In this document: in pieces, positions 19,308 to 28,530 of the stretch
Layout of the letters: every line of letters starts with the position of its first letter
How positions within the stretch are numbered: position 1 is the stretch's first letter
From: Escherichia phage EPIMRB01
Direction: 5' to 3' (one strand)
Sequence record: PQ657784
DNA: 64,000 nucleotides
Program-made: the position numbers and the translations under genes
Notes under the pieces: model-generated
Told to the model about the DNA's origin: nothing
Database searches by the model: none
What the model saw: the letters and a program-made list of their open reading frames with translations, nothing else

Positions 19308-20734
19308 TAAAATTTTAATTCATTCGCCAAAGCATCTAACTGAGCTCGAGTGGATTCATTTCTTTGATAGCGATTCTGTTCAGCCTGAATCTGTTGTGAA
19401 CCTGCTACTTCACTCACTTCAGTTGGAGTAGAATCTTGTTCAATTTCTACCCATTTTTGATTTCCTTTTTGAACACCCATCAAAAACTTATTCCACCTAT
19501 TCTTATCACCATATCGTGATTTGATTTGCTTAATGAGTTGCTGTTCAGCAGCTGCTAGCTCCTCGGTTTCAATGACCGCAAGCATAAAATCAGCGGTTGC
19601 TGGAAGACCAGCAGATTCTGCAATATCGCTCATGTTAACATCGGAAGAGTCCCAAGCTTGTTTACCAACCTGTGCTGCAGTCCAAAGAACAGTTTCGGTT
19701 TCAACAGCCAGAGCACGCAATTCCTCTGCGATAGCTTTAACAGTTGTGTAACTATTTTCTGAGTAAACTCTAATGCGGCAAGATTTACAAATACCTAGAT
19801 AGTCGACAATAATGATTGTTGGAACAAAATTCTTCTTGAGCTTTAATTCATTTAAAAGTGATCGAAATGTATTAGCGTCTGCTCCACCAGTAGGATATTG
19901 CTTAACGATTAAACGACCAAGGGTAGATTTCTCACGCCATTTTTCCATTTTTCCTTTATACTCAGCGTAAGAAATATGTCCATCATCAATATCGTCAAGA
20001 GAAACATCGAGCATGTTAGCATCAATACGTTTAGCACAGACTTCTTCTGCCATTTCCATGGAGATATAAAGAACGTTATGACCAAGCTGCAAATAATCTG
20101 CTGCCAATGAACACAGACCTAATGACTTCCCAACGTTAACGCCAGCCATTAAAACGTTCAGTGTTCCAGTCTCAGCTCCACCTTTCGTAATTTTGTTTAG
20201 AATTCTGAGTTTAAATGGAACCTTACGAGCTTTATTCATATAAGATAGCCAACGCGCTTCATAGTCATCCATCCAATCATGACCAACGTAGCTATCAAAT
20301 GAAATTGATAATGCTTGGCGCATGATGTCAGGAATAGCACCTACATCTGGCATTTTCTTATTTCGTTTTTCCGGAGGAAGCTCAGCATTAGTTTGAATTT
20401 CGATTATTTTAGACGTAGCATTAAACATCGCCCTTTGCTGAACATATTTTTCTGTTTCTTTTACTAACCAGCTGTGGTCTTCTGGAGAATCAGCCAGTTT
20501 TGAAATAAGTGTTTTTACACCAGAATATTCTGTTTCAGTAAATGAACTATTTTCTAATGCAACATTTAACGCATTAATAGATGGAACGCTATGATACTCA
20601 TTAACATGAGATTTAATTAATTTGAATGTATTTTTAGCTGGACCACTTTCAAAATATTCTGAATCCATATATGGCCAAACTTTTGAAAAATAAGCTTGAT
20701 CAAATATGAGATGAGAAAGAATAATTTCTACCAC
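19307..20734 (-). CDS. 41: replicative DNA helicase gp41 (DnaB-like)
   Basis: 475 aa as T4 gp41; Walker A GAGVNVGKS. Confidence 0.95.
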   Translation of the reverse strand: MVEIILSHLIFDQAYFSKVWPYMDSEYFESGPAKNTFKLIKSHVNEYHSVPSINALNVALENSSFTETEYSGVKTLISKLADSPEDHSWLVKETEKYVQQRAMFNATSKIIEIQTNAELPPEKRNKKMPDVGAIPDIMRQALSISFDSYVGHDWMDDYEARWLSYMNKARKVPFKLRILNKITKGGAETGTLNVLMAGVNVGKSLGLCSLAADYLQLGHNVLYISMEMAEEVCAKRIDANMLDVSLDDIDDGHISYAEYKGKMEKWREKSTLGRLIVKQYPTGGADANTFRSLLNELKLKKNFVPTIIIVDYLGICKSCRIRVYSENSYTTVKAIAEELRALAVETETVLWTAAQVGKQAWDSSDVNMSDIAESAGLPATADFMLAVIETEELAAAEQQLIKQIKSRYGDKNRWNKFLMGVQKGNQKWVEIEQDSTPTEVSEVAGSQQIQAEQNRYQRNESTRAQLDALANELKF

Positions 20735-20743
20735 ACTTACTCC

Positions 20744-21100
20744 TTAAAAGAATTTAAATTTTTTCTTTGACCTTTTATTAAATGCATCTTGTAGTTGCAT
20801 TGTAATACATTTTTCTACATGAGGAGCTAACTCAGCTTTTCTTTCTTGGTCAAGAACAGCAAAGTCCATTACGACTTTTCCATCAACCCAATCTAATTTT
20901 GTCACATACACAATGTGTGTAGAACCATCTTCTAGTTTAATGACAATCTCCTGGATAACATTTTCCATAGCAGATTTAATTATCTTAAGAGACTCATTAA
21001 AAAGACGTTCTTTTCTTTCTTTTTCCCCCTCCGAAGAGGGGGATTCATCGATAATTTCTAAATCTAAATCATCTTTATTCATTAAATTCTTCCATATCAC
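20744..21100 (-). CDS. 40: gp40-like protein
   Basis: 118-aa ORF between 41 and uvsX; synteny. Confidence 0.55.
   Translation of the reverse strand: MIWKNLMNKDDLDLEIIDESPSSEGEKERKERLFNESLKIIKSAMENVIQEIVIKLEDGSTHIVYVTKLDWVDGKVVMDFAVLDQERKAELAPHVEKCITMQLQDAFNKRSKKKFKFF
21025..21042 (-). other. stable GC hairpin inside gene 40 coding sequence
   Basis: CCCCCUC-UUCG-GAGGGGG within codons about 20-26 of gp40; no U-tract downstream on the coding strand. Confidence 0.4.
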
Positions 21101-22256
21101 TTAACTGTTCGAGGTCAGTTTCTAAATCAGCAGCTGATTTACTTTTACTTTCTGGAGATTTAAATTTTTCAACCTTTGAGTTAATCAATTCATCAACTTC
21201 AGCTTCAACAATTTCATTACTATCAATAGCACCTAACTGATAAGCACGTTTAATAGCATCTCGGAATGGTTGATGCTTAAATAAAGGACCCCAGAATGTA
21301 GTGCAGTTAGTATCTTTTGCACGCCAAGATTTTTCTTCGCGAATCATCTCGCCGGTTTCTTCGTCAAGAAATTCACGAGCATACCAACCATTCTTAGGTT
21401 TTACTACAAATCCTAATTCTAGAGCCATATCTAACAATCCAGAATAAGGATCGATACCACCGTCAAATTTAACATCAATAAAGAATTTACTTTTTTCTTT
21501 AACGGTACGAGATTTTTCTACATTTAGAACAAATTGATACCCCTGAAGATCAGAACCATCTTTAATCTGGCGTTTACCGATAATGAATACGGTATCAGCC
21601 GAATACATTACGCCTGTACCACCTGTCATCACGGTTTTACTAAACATTTCAATTGTTTCAATTGTATGGTTAACCGCAACACATGGAATATTTTTAATGC
21701 TAAAGTAAGGAGTAACAATACGGAATAATGACTTCAGTGATTTAGCACGAGTCATATCTGCCACAGATTTTTCATTCAAGGCATCTTCAGTTTCTTTCTT
21801 AGAAGCCATATTACCGATTGAGTCGATGAATACAATAACTTTTTCACCGCGCTCAATAGCTTCAAGCTGATTCACCATATCAATTTTCAGCTGTTCAACT
21901 GACTGGATTGGCGTATGAATTACTCGTTCCGGGTCAACTCCCATGGATCGCAAATAAGCTGGAGTAATACCAAATTCGCTATCATAGAATAGACAAACCG
22001 CGTCAGGATATTTGTTCAAATACGCCGCAACCATAGTCAAAGACATATTTGATTTAAAGTGTTTAGAAGGCCCTGCGAAAATAGTTAAACCAGACTGCAT
22101 ACCACCATCAATCGCACCAGAAATAGCAATATTAAGCATTGGAATTTTTGTACGAATTACATCCTTTTCATTAAAGAATTTAGATGTAGTCAGTTCAGCA
22201 GTCATTTTAGAAGTGGAAGCTTTAATCAAACGGGATTTTAAATCTGCAATAGACAT
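21075..22256 (-). CDS. uvsX: UvsX recombinase (RecA-like)
   Basis: 393 aa; MSIADLKSRLIKASTSK start; RecA-fold motifs. Confidence 0.95.
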   Translation of the reverse strand: MSIADLKSRLIKASTSKMTAELTTSKFFNEKDVIRTKIPMLNIAISGAIDGGMQSGLTIFAGPSKHFKSNMSLTMVAAYLNKYPDAVCLFYDSEFGITPAYLRSMGVDPERVIHTPIQSVEQLKIDMVNQLEAIERGEKVIVFIDSIGNMASKKETEDALNEKSVADMTRAKSLKSLFRIVTPYFSIKNIPCVAVNHTIETIEMFSKTVMTGGTGVMYSADTVFIIGKRQIKDGSDLQGYQFVLNVEKSRTVKEKSKFFIDVKFDGGIDPYSGLLDMALELGFVVKPKNGWYAREFLDEETGEMIREEKSWRAKDTNCTTFWGPLFKHQPFRDAIKRAYQLGAIDSNEIVEAEVDELINSKVEKFKSPESKSKSAADLETDLEQLSDMEEFNE

Positions 22257-22333
22257 TCATTTTTTCCATAGGCATCATTATATTTTCCTCACTGGTTAAA
22301 GATAGAGTAATTATAACACAATAAATTTAGGCA

Positions 22334-23182
22334 TTAATCAACTGCTATTGGATGAATAGCATTAAACTTATGAAATGCTTCTGATTTTTCTTTACGAGAA
22401 ACACACATGCGAAGAACCTTTAATGGCTCGTCTTCTTCACCCAACGATTTTCGTTTTTCAATATTAGAAGTTTTCCAACGAGCTTGCTCTGGAAACTCTC
22501 TATTGATTTGCTCAAGCGCTCTATTATGTTTAGAATTACTACGAATTGAACTGCACCCGCCAGGAGCTTGTGCTTTTCCAGATACAACCAGATATTTGAA
22601 CAAGGCCAAATGCGGATAACCTTGATTAATTAAATTGAGAAATGCATACATATCTTCACATAAATCAATTTTTCCATACCCAATTTGTTCTGTCGTAAGT
22701 TTTCCGAGGTCATACCATGTATTCGTGAATCCATATGAATTTTCACGATAATTACCCCAAGATGAAGTAATTTTAAAAATAGGTAGACGAGCATGGCCAT
22801 GATAATACCCACAATCCATGGCATCCTCAACATATTGAATCAATTCATAGAACTGTTCACGGGTTAATTGATTGACTTTATCTACACAACGACGGTCATC
22901 TCTTTTTCGCATTGAACTCATACGAATAGTAGTATCATCGTCAATCATCCAGATTCGTTGACCTGTATACATATCAGTAATTGCTTTACGAGTACCGGCA
23001 ATTCCGTTTACATCATCAGGAATAGTTATAATTTTAGCTCTAGACCCATAGGCATCATAATAAGCTTTTTCTTCGTGTTCACGTACTACAATATGTGGTT
23101 CATAATCAGTCGGAAACATATCAAGGACAGAAACTGCCCCTACACGTTGATAGCTTGGAATTACGAATTGAATCATTTCCAC
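22334..23182 (-). CDS. putative beta-glucosyl-HMC-alpha-glucosyltransferase
   Basis: 282-aa ORF in the uvsX-42 slot where T4 has the 351-aa beta-gt; no resemblance to T4 beta-gt; assignment by T2/T6 synteny from memory. Confidence 0.5.
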   Translation of the reverse strand: MEMIQFVIPSYQRVGAVSVLDMFPTDYEPHIVVREHEEKAYYDAYGSRAKIITIPDDVNGIAGTRKAITDMYTGQRIWMIDDDTTIRMSSMRKRDDRRCVDKVNQLTREQFYELIQYVEDAMDCGYYHGHARLPIFKITSSWGNYRENSYGFTNTWYDLGKLTTEQIGYGKIDLCEDMYAFLNLINQGYPHLALFKYLVVSGKAQAPGGCSSIRSNSKHNRALEQINREFPEQARWKTSNIEKRKSLGEEDEPLKVLRMCVSRKEKSEAFHKFNAIHPIAVD

Positions 23183-23913
23183 TCACCTTTATAGTCTTTT
23201 TTCACAATATGAGTTTCGCCAGTATTCCACCAATGATCAACCAAGTAAAAATGACGAGAATATACATGAAGACTTCCAACATTCCATATAATAGAACCTG
23301 CTTTATACTGACGAGTTGAATCGCCTGCATTCAAATCAGATACTAATTTATCTAATACGTATTTTTGCCATGCATAATCATTACGGAATCCGAAGACCAC
23401 GTCATTTGAGCGCATGCTTACTACTGCATTGACTTTCTTATCACGAATCAGGTACTGTACTGTATTAGTACACATGAAATCTGACATACCATCTTTATTG
23501 TAGTCAAATTGCATGGATGGACGAGTATAAATCATGATACCACGCCGAGAATCAGGATTTTGACCAAGTTCAGCTAAACACATATCATACTGGGCATAGT
23601 TATCTTCTGACCAGATGGCCCAACCATAATTCGAGTTAATTTCGCCCTTAGAAGATGCTACCTGCTGCCAAATCTTCGGTGTTTCACCCGGAATATCTTT
23701 AACAAACAAACTTTTAGATTTATACCATTCAAGTTCACGTTGAATGTATTCATCATTAAGAGCGCCAAAAATAAACGGTTCATCTGCTACAAATGATGCA
23801 CCAATAATTTCAATAGTTTTAACACCAGTTTTATCAACTACGAAATCTTTTTCTTTTAATGCAAGCCCCAAATGAAGACGGATTTCTTCAACTGTCATAG
23901 AGTCACTAATCAT
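23173..23913 (-). CDS. 42: dCMP hydroxymethylase gp42
   Basis: 246 aa as T4 gp42; thymidylate-synthase-like fold. Confidence 0.95.
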   Translation of the reverse strand: MISDSMTVEEIRLHLGLALKEKDFVVDKTGVKTIEIIGASFVADEPFIFGALNDEYIQRELEWYKSKSLFVKDIPGETPKIWQQVASSKGEINSNYGWAIWSEDNYAQYDMCLAELGQNPDSRRGIMIYTRPSMQFDYNKDGMSDFMCTNTVQYLIRDKKVNAVVSMRSNDVVFGFRNDYAWQKYVLDKLVSDLNAGDSTRQYKAGSIIWNVGSLHVYSRHFYLVDHWWNTGETHIVKKDYKGEWK

Positions 23914-23920
23914 TTAAACC

Positions 23921-24070
23921 TCAATTGATACATTCATATTTAACTTGTAACAGTAATAAACCCCAACCTAAAATAATAGTTGGAATCATAAGAGGAACCG
24001 TTACGCTATAGTATATACTTATTATAATCATCAAGATTAAAAGCAACACTGCTATAATTTTGCTTTTCAT
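23921..24070 (-). CDS. imm.1-like small membrane protein
   Basis: 49-aa hydrophobic ORF read by hand; ATGA overlap with imm stop. Confidence 0.45.
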   Translation of the reverse strand: MKSKIIAVLLLILMIIISIYYSVTVPLMIPTIILGWGLLLLQVKYECIN

Positions 24071-24318
24071 TCCTTCTCTCTGATGATAATTACTTGATTT
24101 GGCTGTGCAGACTTTTTGGTTTCACCCGCAATTGACCAAATAAATGTAATAAACCAACCAATAATTGACCAGTTAAACAGTAAAGACGTGAAAAAGATTC
24201 CTACTGTCGATTTTGACCCACGCATCAAGGCGATGAACCATGGAAGCATGTATATAATAATAGCCAACACGCCTGAAACTAAAACCATAAAAATTGAACC
24301 TGCTACTAAAGTTTCCAT
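24067..24318 (-). CDS. imm: superinfection immunity protein Imm
   Basis: 83 aa, two TM segments; size and position as T4 Imm. Confidence 0.85.
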   Translation of the reverse strand: METLVAGSIFMVLVSGVLAIIIYMLPWFIALMRGSKSTVGIFFTSLLFNWSIIGWFITFIWSIAGETKKSAQPNQVIIIREKE

Positions 24319-24325
24319 GTTTTCC

Positions 24326-24706
24326 TCACTTAGTCAAATTTTTTACACATGAATTATAAGAATTCACTACATACTCCATTGGAGCATTTTTACCAGTACG
24401 CCATTGGTAATTATTAGCCCAATTTGCCCAAAGTTCAGCGCAGTAGTTTTCAATTTTTTCTTCGCGTGTAATTACATCCGAATTACGATATGCTTGAGCA
24501 GATTCATCTGGACGAATAGCTTCGTCAAAATTCGCCTGCATTTGTTCTACTGTCTGTTTTGGAGCTTCTTTATAACACTTGACGTTAGGATTATAAAATT
24601 TGCTTGAACAGTTTACAATTTTTCCTACATCAGACTGATTTACTACCGGTCCTTGAGCTACACAACCAGTAAGACCTAATGCAATAACCAAAATAGCAAT
24701 TTTCAT
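24326..24706 (-). CDS. lipoprotein (LTGC lipobox)
   Basis: 126-aa ORF with signal peptide and lipobox, Cys-containing mature part; lies between imm and gene 43. Confidence 0.55.
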   Translation of the reverse strand: MKIAILVIALGLTGCVAQGPVVNQSDVGKIVNCSSKFYNPNVKCYKEAPKQTVEQMQANFDEAIRPDESAQAYRNSDVITREEKIENYCAELWANWANNYQWRTGKNAPMEYVVNSYNSCVKNLTK

Positions 24707-24716
24707 AATAATTTCC

Positions 24717-24953
24717 TCAAATACAAGTAGTAATTACTCCAGTAGTGCTTACACAGGTATTACCTAATTGAACACCCAGCGTTCCATTAGTATTCATATG
24801 AAGATTATCACCAATTTTTGTTGATACTTTACCATTCATGTGAATAACAGTATTAGATTCAATCACATTCTGAGTGTCATTTTCAATATCAATAAATGGA
24901 ACAGCTGCTAATGCAACTAAACACACTGCTAAGCAACCATAAACAATTTTCAT
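24717..24953 (-). CDS. small secreted/membrane protein
   Basis: 78 aa from ATG at 24953 behind the GGAGAATAAA leader; signal-peptide-like N-terminus; track ORF extension runs through the promoter. Confidence 0.5.
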   Translation of the reverse strand: MKIVYGCLAVCLVALAAVPFIDIENDTQNVIESNTVIHMNGKVSTKIGDNLHMNTNGTLGVQLGNTCVSTTGVITTCI

Positions 24954-24997
24954 TTTATTCTCCAAATCCGTATCAGTTGATAGTTGTATAGTACCAT
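24947..24997. repeat. 51-bp promoter-leader cassette repeat, copy 1
   Basis: identical to 51632-51682; includes -10, leader, SD, ATG and second codon. Confidence 0.8.
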
Positions 24998-25017
24998 GGA
25001 AGAACAGGGATGTAAAC
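24988..25017 (-). promoter_or_regulatory. early promoter of cassette type (GTTTAC-N18-TACTAT)
   Basis: followed by leader CAACTATCAACTGATACGGATTTGGAGAATAAA ATG. Confidence 0.55.
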
Positions 25018-25100
25018 AGTTTTGTGAAAAAATTTTTAATGAATTTACAGGATCTAGAATCATCTATTTTTCCTAAGTATAGATTTATATTACTTGTATG

Positions 25101-25122
25101 AAAAAGGGACCCGGAGGTCCCT
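25101..25122 (-). terminator. rho-independent terminator downstream of gene 43
   Basis: AGGGACC-UCCG-GGUCCCU then UUUUUC. Confidence 0.6.
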
Positions 25123-25134
25123 AGATTTATTCTA

Positions 25135-27831
25135 TCAGCCAAACAGGAAGTCTAACGAAGCTTTTTCTTCATAGTCCATACCAGCCGATTCACACATGCC
25201 TGCAAGCGGTTTAACAAACGATTTTTGGAACAAAGTTGAGTAGTCAATCCAAGACAGTACGTCAGAACGAATTTCTTTTGGAAGTTCTGTACCCGATGGC
25301 CAAGCAATGCATTTGTCACCAAATGGATTTCCTTCACGCAATGGAAGAACCATTACTTTATTTCCATCCAAAATTGGAGCTACACCCAGACCACTAACAG
25401 CTCGACGATAAGTTAGCACACCACGAATATGGAACGGACATTTAAATCCTGGCCAACCTTTATCATCATATTTCGCTATATCGTTCGCAGTTTTTACTTC
25501 AGCAATAACTTTATAGTCAAGTTGACGATATTCTTTCTCGAAGTTCTTGTAATATTCTTGGACAGACTCTTCACCTTCCTGAAGAATACGACGAATACTT
25601 TCTTCGAGAGCTTCTTGCACTGCTTTTGGTGTTGAACTCTGCTGAGTTTCCATACCCATGATTTTTAGATGCGGTTCAGCAAATCGTTTATCTTCCATAT
25701 CATAAACGTTCAGAGCATAACGCTTTTTCGCTTTCCAAAATCCACCAACGCCCTTTGAACCAAGTGGAGGGCAAGAAATAGCTTCACGGTCCATATGCAT
25801 CAGATGCTCGCGGTTATTCATATAATCACATAACTCACGATATGCAACATCAATCATAGGTTCCATCTTTTTCTTACCGAACTGATTCATGAATTCAACT
25901 AAATCGTTCTGCTCTTTGAATCGGTCAAGACCAACTTTTTCAATAACTTTATCTACACAAACATATACCGAATCAGTATCACCTGCTGCAATGAAATCTT
26001 CATCGTTAGTTCCGCATACTTTATTCAGATATTCATTAATTTTACGAGCAATCCACTGAATACCAACTTGGCCGAAAATTGTGATAGCAGTAGCATTTCG
26101 CAAATCATAGTAACGGAAATGAATATTACCAAGAGCACCATAAAGACTGTTAATAAGAATTTTACGGTTCAGTTGATTTGTGTTAGCAAGTGTAGCTGCT
26201 TTTTCACATTCTTCAATCAGACTATTGAGAACGGATTCGGTGTAATTCGATAGTTCATTTAAGAAATCATCACTGAACTTAACATATCGTTCAACTTCAG
26301 GTTTAGTTGAACAAGACCCTGCGCCTTTCATAATAATCTTTTTAATAGCTTCGGCATTCATTTCTTCAGCGAACATTTTCTTTTTCCAGTCTTTACGCTG
26401 GAAAAATACTTTAGCGATTTCCTTTGGAATGATACCTTCTTGATGCTTATCATACATCCATCCATTCGGAGAACAAGAATATTCATCACTCGGTTTAGGA
26501 GCTGTTCCTGCGATATATTCATGAATTGGATGAACTTTAAACTGACCACGAATAGTCTCAGGACTAATGTTAACCTGACGAATAATGCTCGGATACAGAG
26601 ACGTCAAGTCAAAACTCATAATATATCGACGAGCAATTGGTTTAGGTTCAAACACAAATGCACCCGGAAAACTCTGTTTAACGTGCGAACCTTGTTGAGG
26701 AATAACCTTATGTTCACCTTTCAATGAGTTAAAAATAATAGCATCCCAGGTTTTAATAGGACTCATTACACCAGAAAAAGGCATTTTAGCGTAATAAGAC
26801 ATACTTAAAACTAGATCGATAAACCCGCGAATTTTATCAATTGCTTGAACTGATTCTACGTCAATGATGTTATAACTAATGTATCGTTGATGATTAGTCT
26901 CACGAAGTTTATTAATAGGACCGTCGTATGGTAATTTACCTTTTTTGGTTTCATGTTGAGCAACTGATTCCAAAGAGAATGACGGCAAATTAGTAAAAGC
27001 AAATTTCTTGTACAAATCTAAATAATCAAGAATAGATACACCATCAATAGAATAAATTTCTTTGCTGCCGTACATGTTTTGAATTAGTTTAGATTTTACT
27101 CGACCAATTGGAGAGAAGCGTTTCATACTACGTTCACCGAGAACCATTTTAACGCGATTCATGATATACGGAACGTCAAATCCCTCAATATTCCAACCAG
27201 TAAAAATAGCAGGTCGTTTCTGTTCCCAGAGATTGATATATTCCATGAGCATATCACGCTCATTATCGAATGGCATATAAATTACTCGGTCAAGAATTTC
27301 TTGAGGAACTTCATCACCACCTTCACAGTCAAGCTTAGCAGCTAACTTTGCATCCCATTTTGATACTGAACCATACATTGAATTCAAAAGGTCGAAAACA
27401 TAAAAACGATCATCAATTGAATCGTAATGAGTGATAGCATCAATTTCATATTCAGCTTTCATTGGGTCAGGAAATTTATCACCAGTAACCTCAATGTCAC
27501 AGTTAGCTACACGAACAAATTTTCGGTCATAAACAATTTCTGAACCATATGTATCACTGATATAAGCGAGTTTAAAATCGTTCATACCGAGAGCTTCGAG
27601 ACCGATGTCTTCCATTCGTTTCATCCAATCTCGAGCATCTTTCATTGATGGAAATTTTTGAGGAGCGCAATTTTTACCATAAATGTCTTTGTACTTTGAC
27701 TCTTCCTTACAATGCCTAAACATAGTCGGAAGATATTCTACTTCACGAGTACGTTCCTTTCCGTTTTCATCAATATAACGTTCAACAATGTTATTTCCGA
27801 CTGTTTCAATAGAGATATAAAATTCTTTCAT
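25135..27831 (-). CDS. 43: DNA polymerase gp43 (family B)
   Basis: 898 aa as T4 gp43; exonuclease and polymerase motifs; operator hairpin upstream. Confidence 0.97.
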   Translation of the reverse strand: MKEFYISIETVGNNIVERYIDENGKERTREVEYLPTMFRHCKEESKYKDIYGKNCAPQKFPSMKDARDWMKRMEDIGLEALGMNDFKLAYISDTYGSEIVYDRKFVRVANCDIEVTGDKFPDPMKAEYEIDAITHYDSIDDRFYVFDLLNSMYGSVSKWDAKLAAKLDCEGGDEVPQEILDRVIYMPFDNERDMLMEYINLWEQKRPAIFTGWNIEGFDVPYIMNRVKMVLGERSMKRFSPIGRVKSKLIQNMYGSKEIYSIDGVSILDYLDLYKKFAFTNLPSFSLESVAQHETKKGKLPYDGPINKLRETNHQRYISYNIIDVESVQAIDKIRGFIDLVLSMSYYAKMPFSGVMSPIKTWDAIIFNSLKGEHKVIPQQGSHVKQSFPGAFVFEPKPIARRYIMSFDLTSLYPSIIRQVNISPETIRGQFKVHPIHEYIAGTAPKPSDEYSCSPNGWMYDKHQEGIIPKEIAKVFFQRKDWKKKMFAEEMNAEAIKKIIMKGAGSCSTKPEVERYVKFSDDFLNELSNYTESVLNSLIEECEKAATLANTNQLNRKILINSLYGALGNIHFRYYDLRNATAITIFGQVGIQWIARKINEYLNKVCGTNDEDFIAAGDTDSVYVCVDKVIEKVGLDRFKEQNDLVEFMNQFGKKKMEPMIDVAYRELCDYMNNREHLMHMDREAISCPPLGSKGVGGFWKAKKRYALNVYDMEDKRFAEPHLKIMGMETQQSSTPKAVQEALEESIRRILQEGEESVQEYYKNFEKEYRQLDYKVIAEVKTANDIAKYDDKGWPGFKCPFHIRGVLTYRRAVSGLGVAPILDGNKVMVLPLREGNPFGDKCIAWPSGTELPKEIRSDVLSWIDYSTLFQKSFVKPLAGMCESAGMDYEEKASLDFLFG

Positions 27832-27834
27832 AGA

Positions 27835-27867
27835 TATTCCTTAGTTTATAGCCCGAGTTATTAGGCT
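27835..27867 (-). promoter_or_regulatory. gene 43 translational operator hairpin plus RBS
   Basis: minus strand AGCCU-AAUAACUC-GGGCU (5-bp stem, 8-nt loop) then AAGGAA SD and ATG; loop matches the classic T4 gp43 operator loop. Confidence 0.75.
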
Positions 27868-27889
27868 CTTGATATATTATACTCCAAAT

Positions 27890-27908
27890 AAGGGGCCGGA
27901 AGCCCCTT
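27890..27908 (-). terminator. terminator-like hairpin downstream of ORF 27914-28150
   Basis: AAGGGGC-UUCCG-GCCCCUU then AUUUGG. Confidence 0.5.
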
Positions 27909-27913
27909 TGCTT

Positions 27914-28150
27914 TTAAATTTCTATTGTATGACGCGATATAACGGACTTGCCATCTTTATTTGTGGTTTTGATAATCGCATGAAATGCGCGTTGGCGTGG
28001 GTAAACTAATCGTTGGAATTCTTTTTGGAATTCTATTTGTTTATCTTCAGGGAGGTCAAAAACCAGTTGGGTAGAAGACAGACCATATGTTTGTTTTAGA
28101 TTTTCGAATATTAGAAAAGCTTCGGTAAACTGAATCTCTGATTGTGTCAT
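27914..28150 (-). CDS. hypothetical protein between regA and gene 43
   Basis: 78 aa from ATG at 28150 with AAGG SD overlapping regA stop; terminator hairpin just downstream. Confidence 0.45.
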   Translation of the reverse strand: MTQSEIQFTEAFLIFENLKQTYGLSSTQLVFDLPEDKQIEFQKEFQRLVYPRQRAFHAIIKTTNKDGKSVISRHTIEI

Positions 28151-28160
28151 ATAATTTACC

Positions 28161-28529
28161 TTAATTACCAATCGTATATTTAGGAACGAGTTTCCATTCA
28201 TGTTTTTGTTTAAAAGAAATAACTCGGAAGTTATTAGTTAAATCTTTCATAAAAGTTCTTTGACCAGGAACGATTTCAATCAGTCCCCAATCTTCTAATA
28301 GCCATGCAATCGAATCACGACGAACTTCATCTTCTTCTGTCATTTCAACTTGGCGACCATCCATACGAAGCATTTCTTTAAAATGAACGATATAGTATAG
28401 TCCTTTTTTCTGAAGAATATGACAGGACTGATACAGAACTTTATCTTTATTATTAGCAATTCCCATACGAGTCAAAGTTTCTTTTACTTTCAGAAAATCT
28501 TCAGGTTTTTTAAGAGTAATTTCAATCAT
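28161..28529 (-). CDS. regA: translational repressor RegA
   Basis: 122 aa as T4 RegA, MIEITLKKPEDFLKV... Confidence 0.9.
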   Translation of the reverse strand: MIEITLKKPEDFLKVKETLTRMGIANNKDKVLYQSCHILQKKGLYYIVHFKEMLRMDGRQVEMTEEDEVRRDSIAWLLEDWGLIEIVPGQRTFMKDLTNNFRVISFKQKHEWKLVPKYTIGN

Positions 28530-28530
28530 T

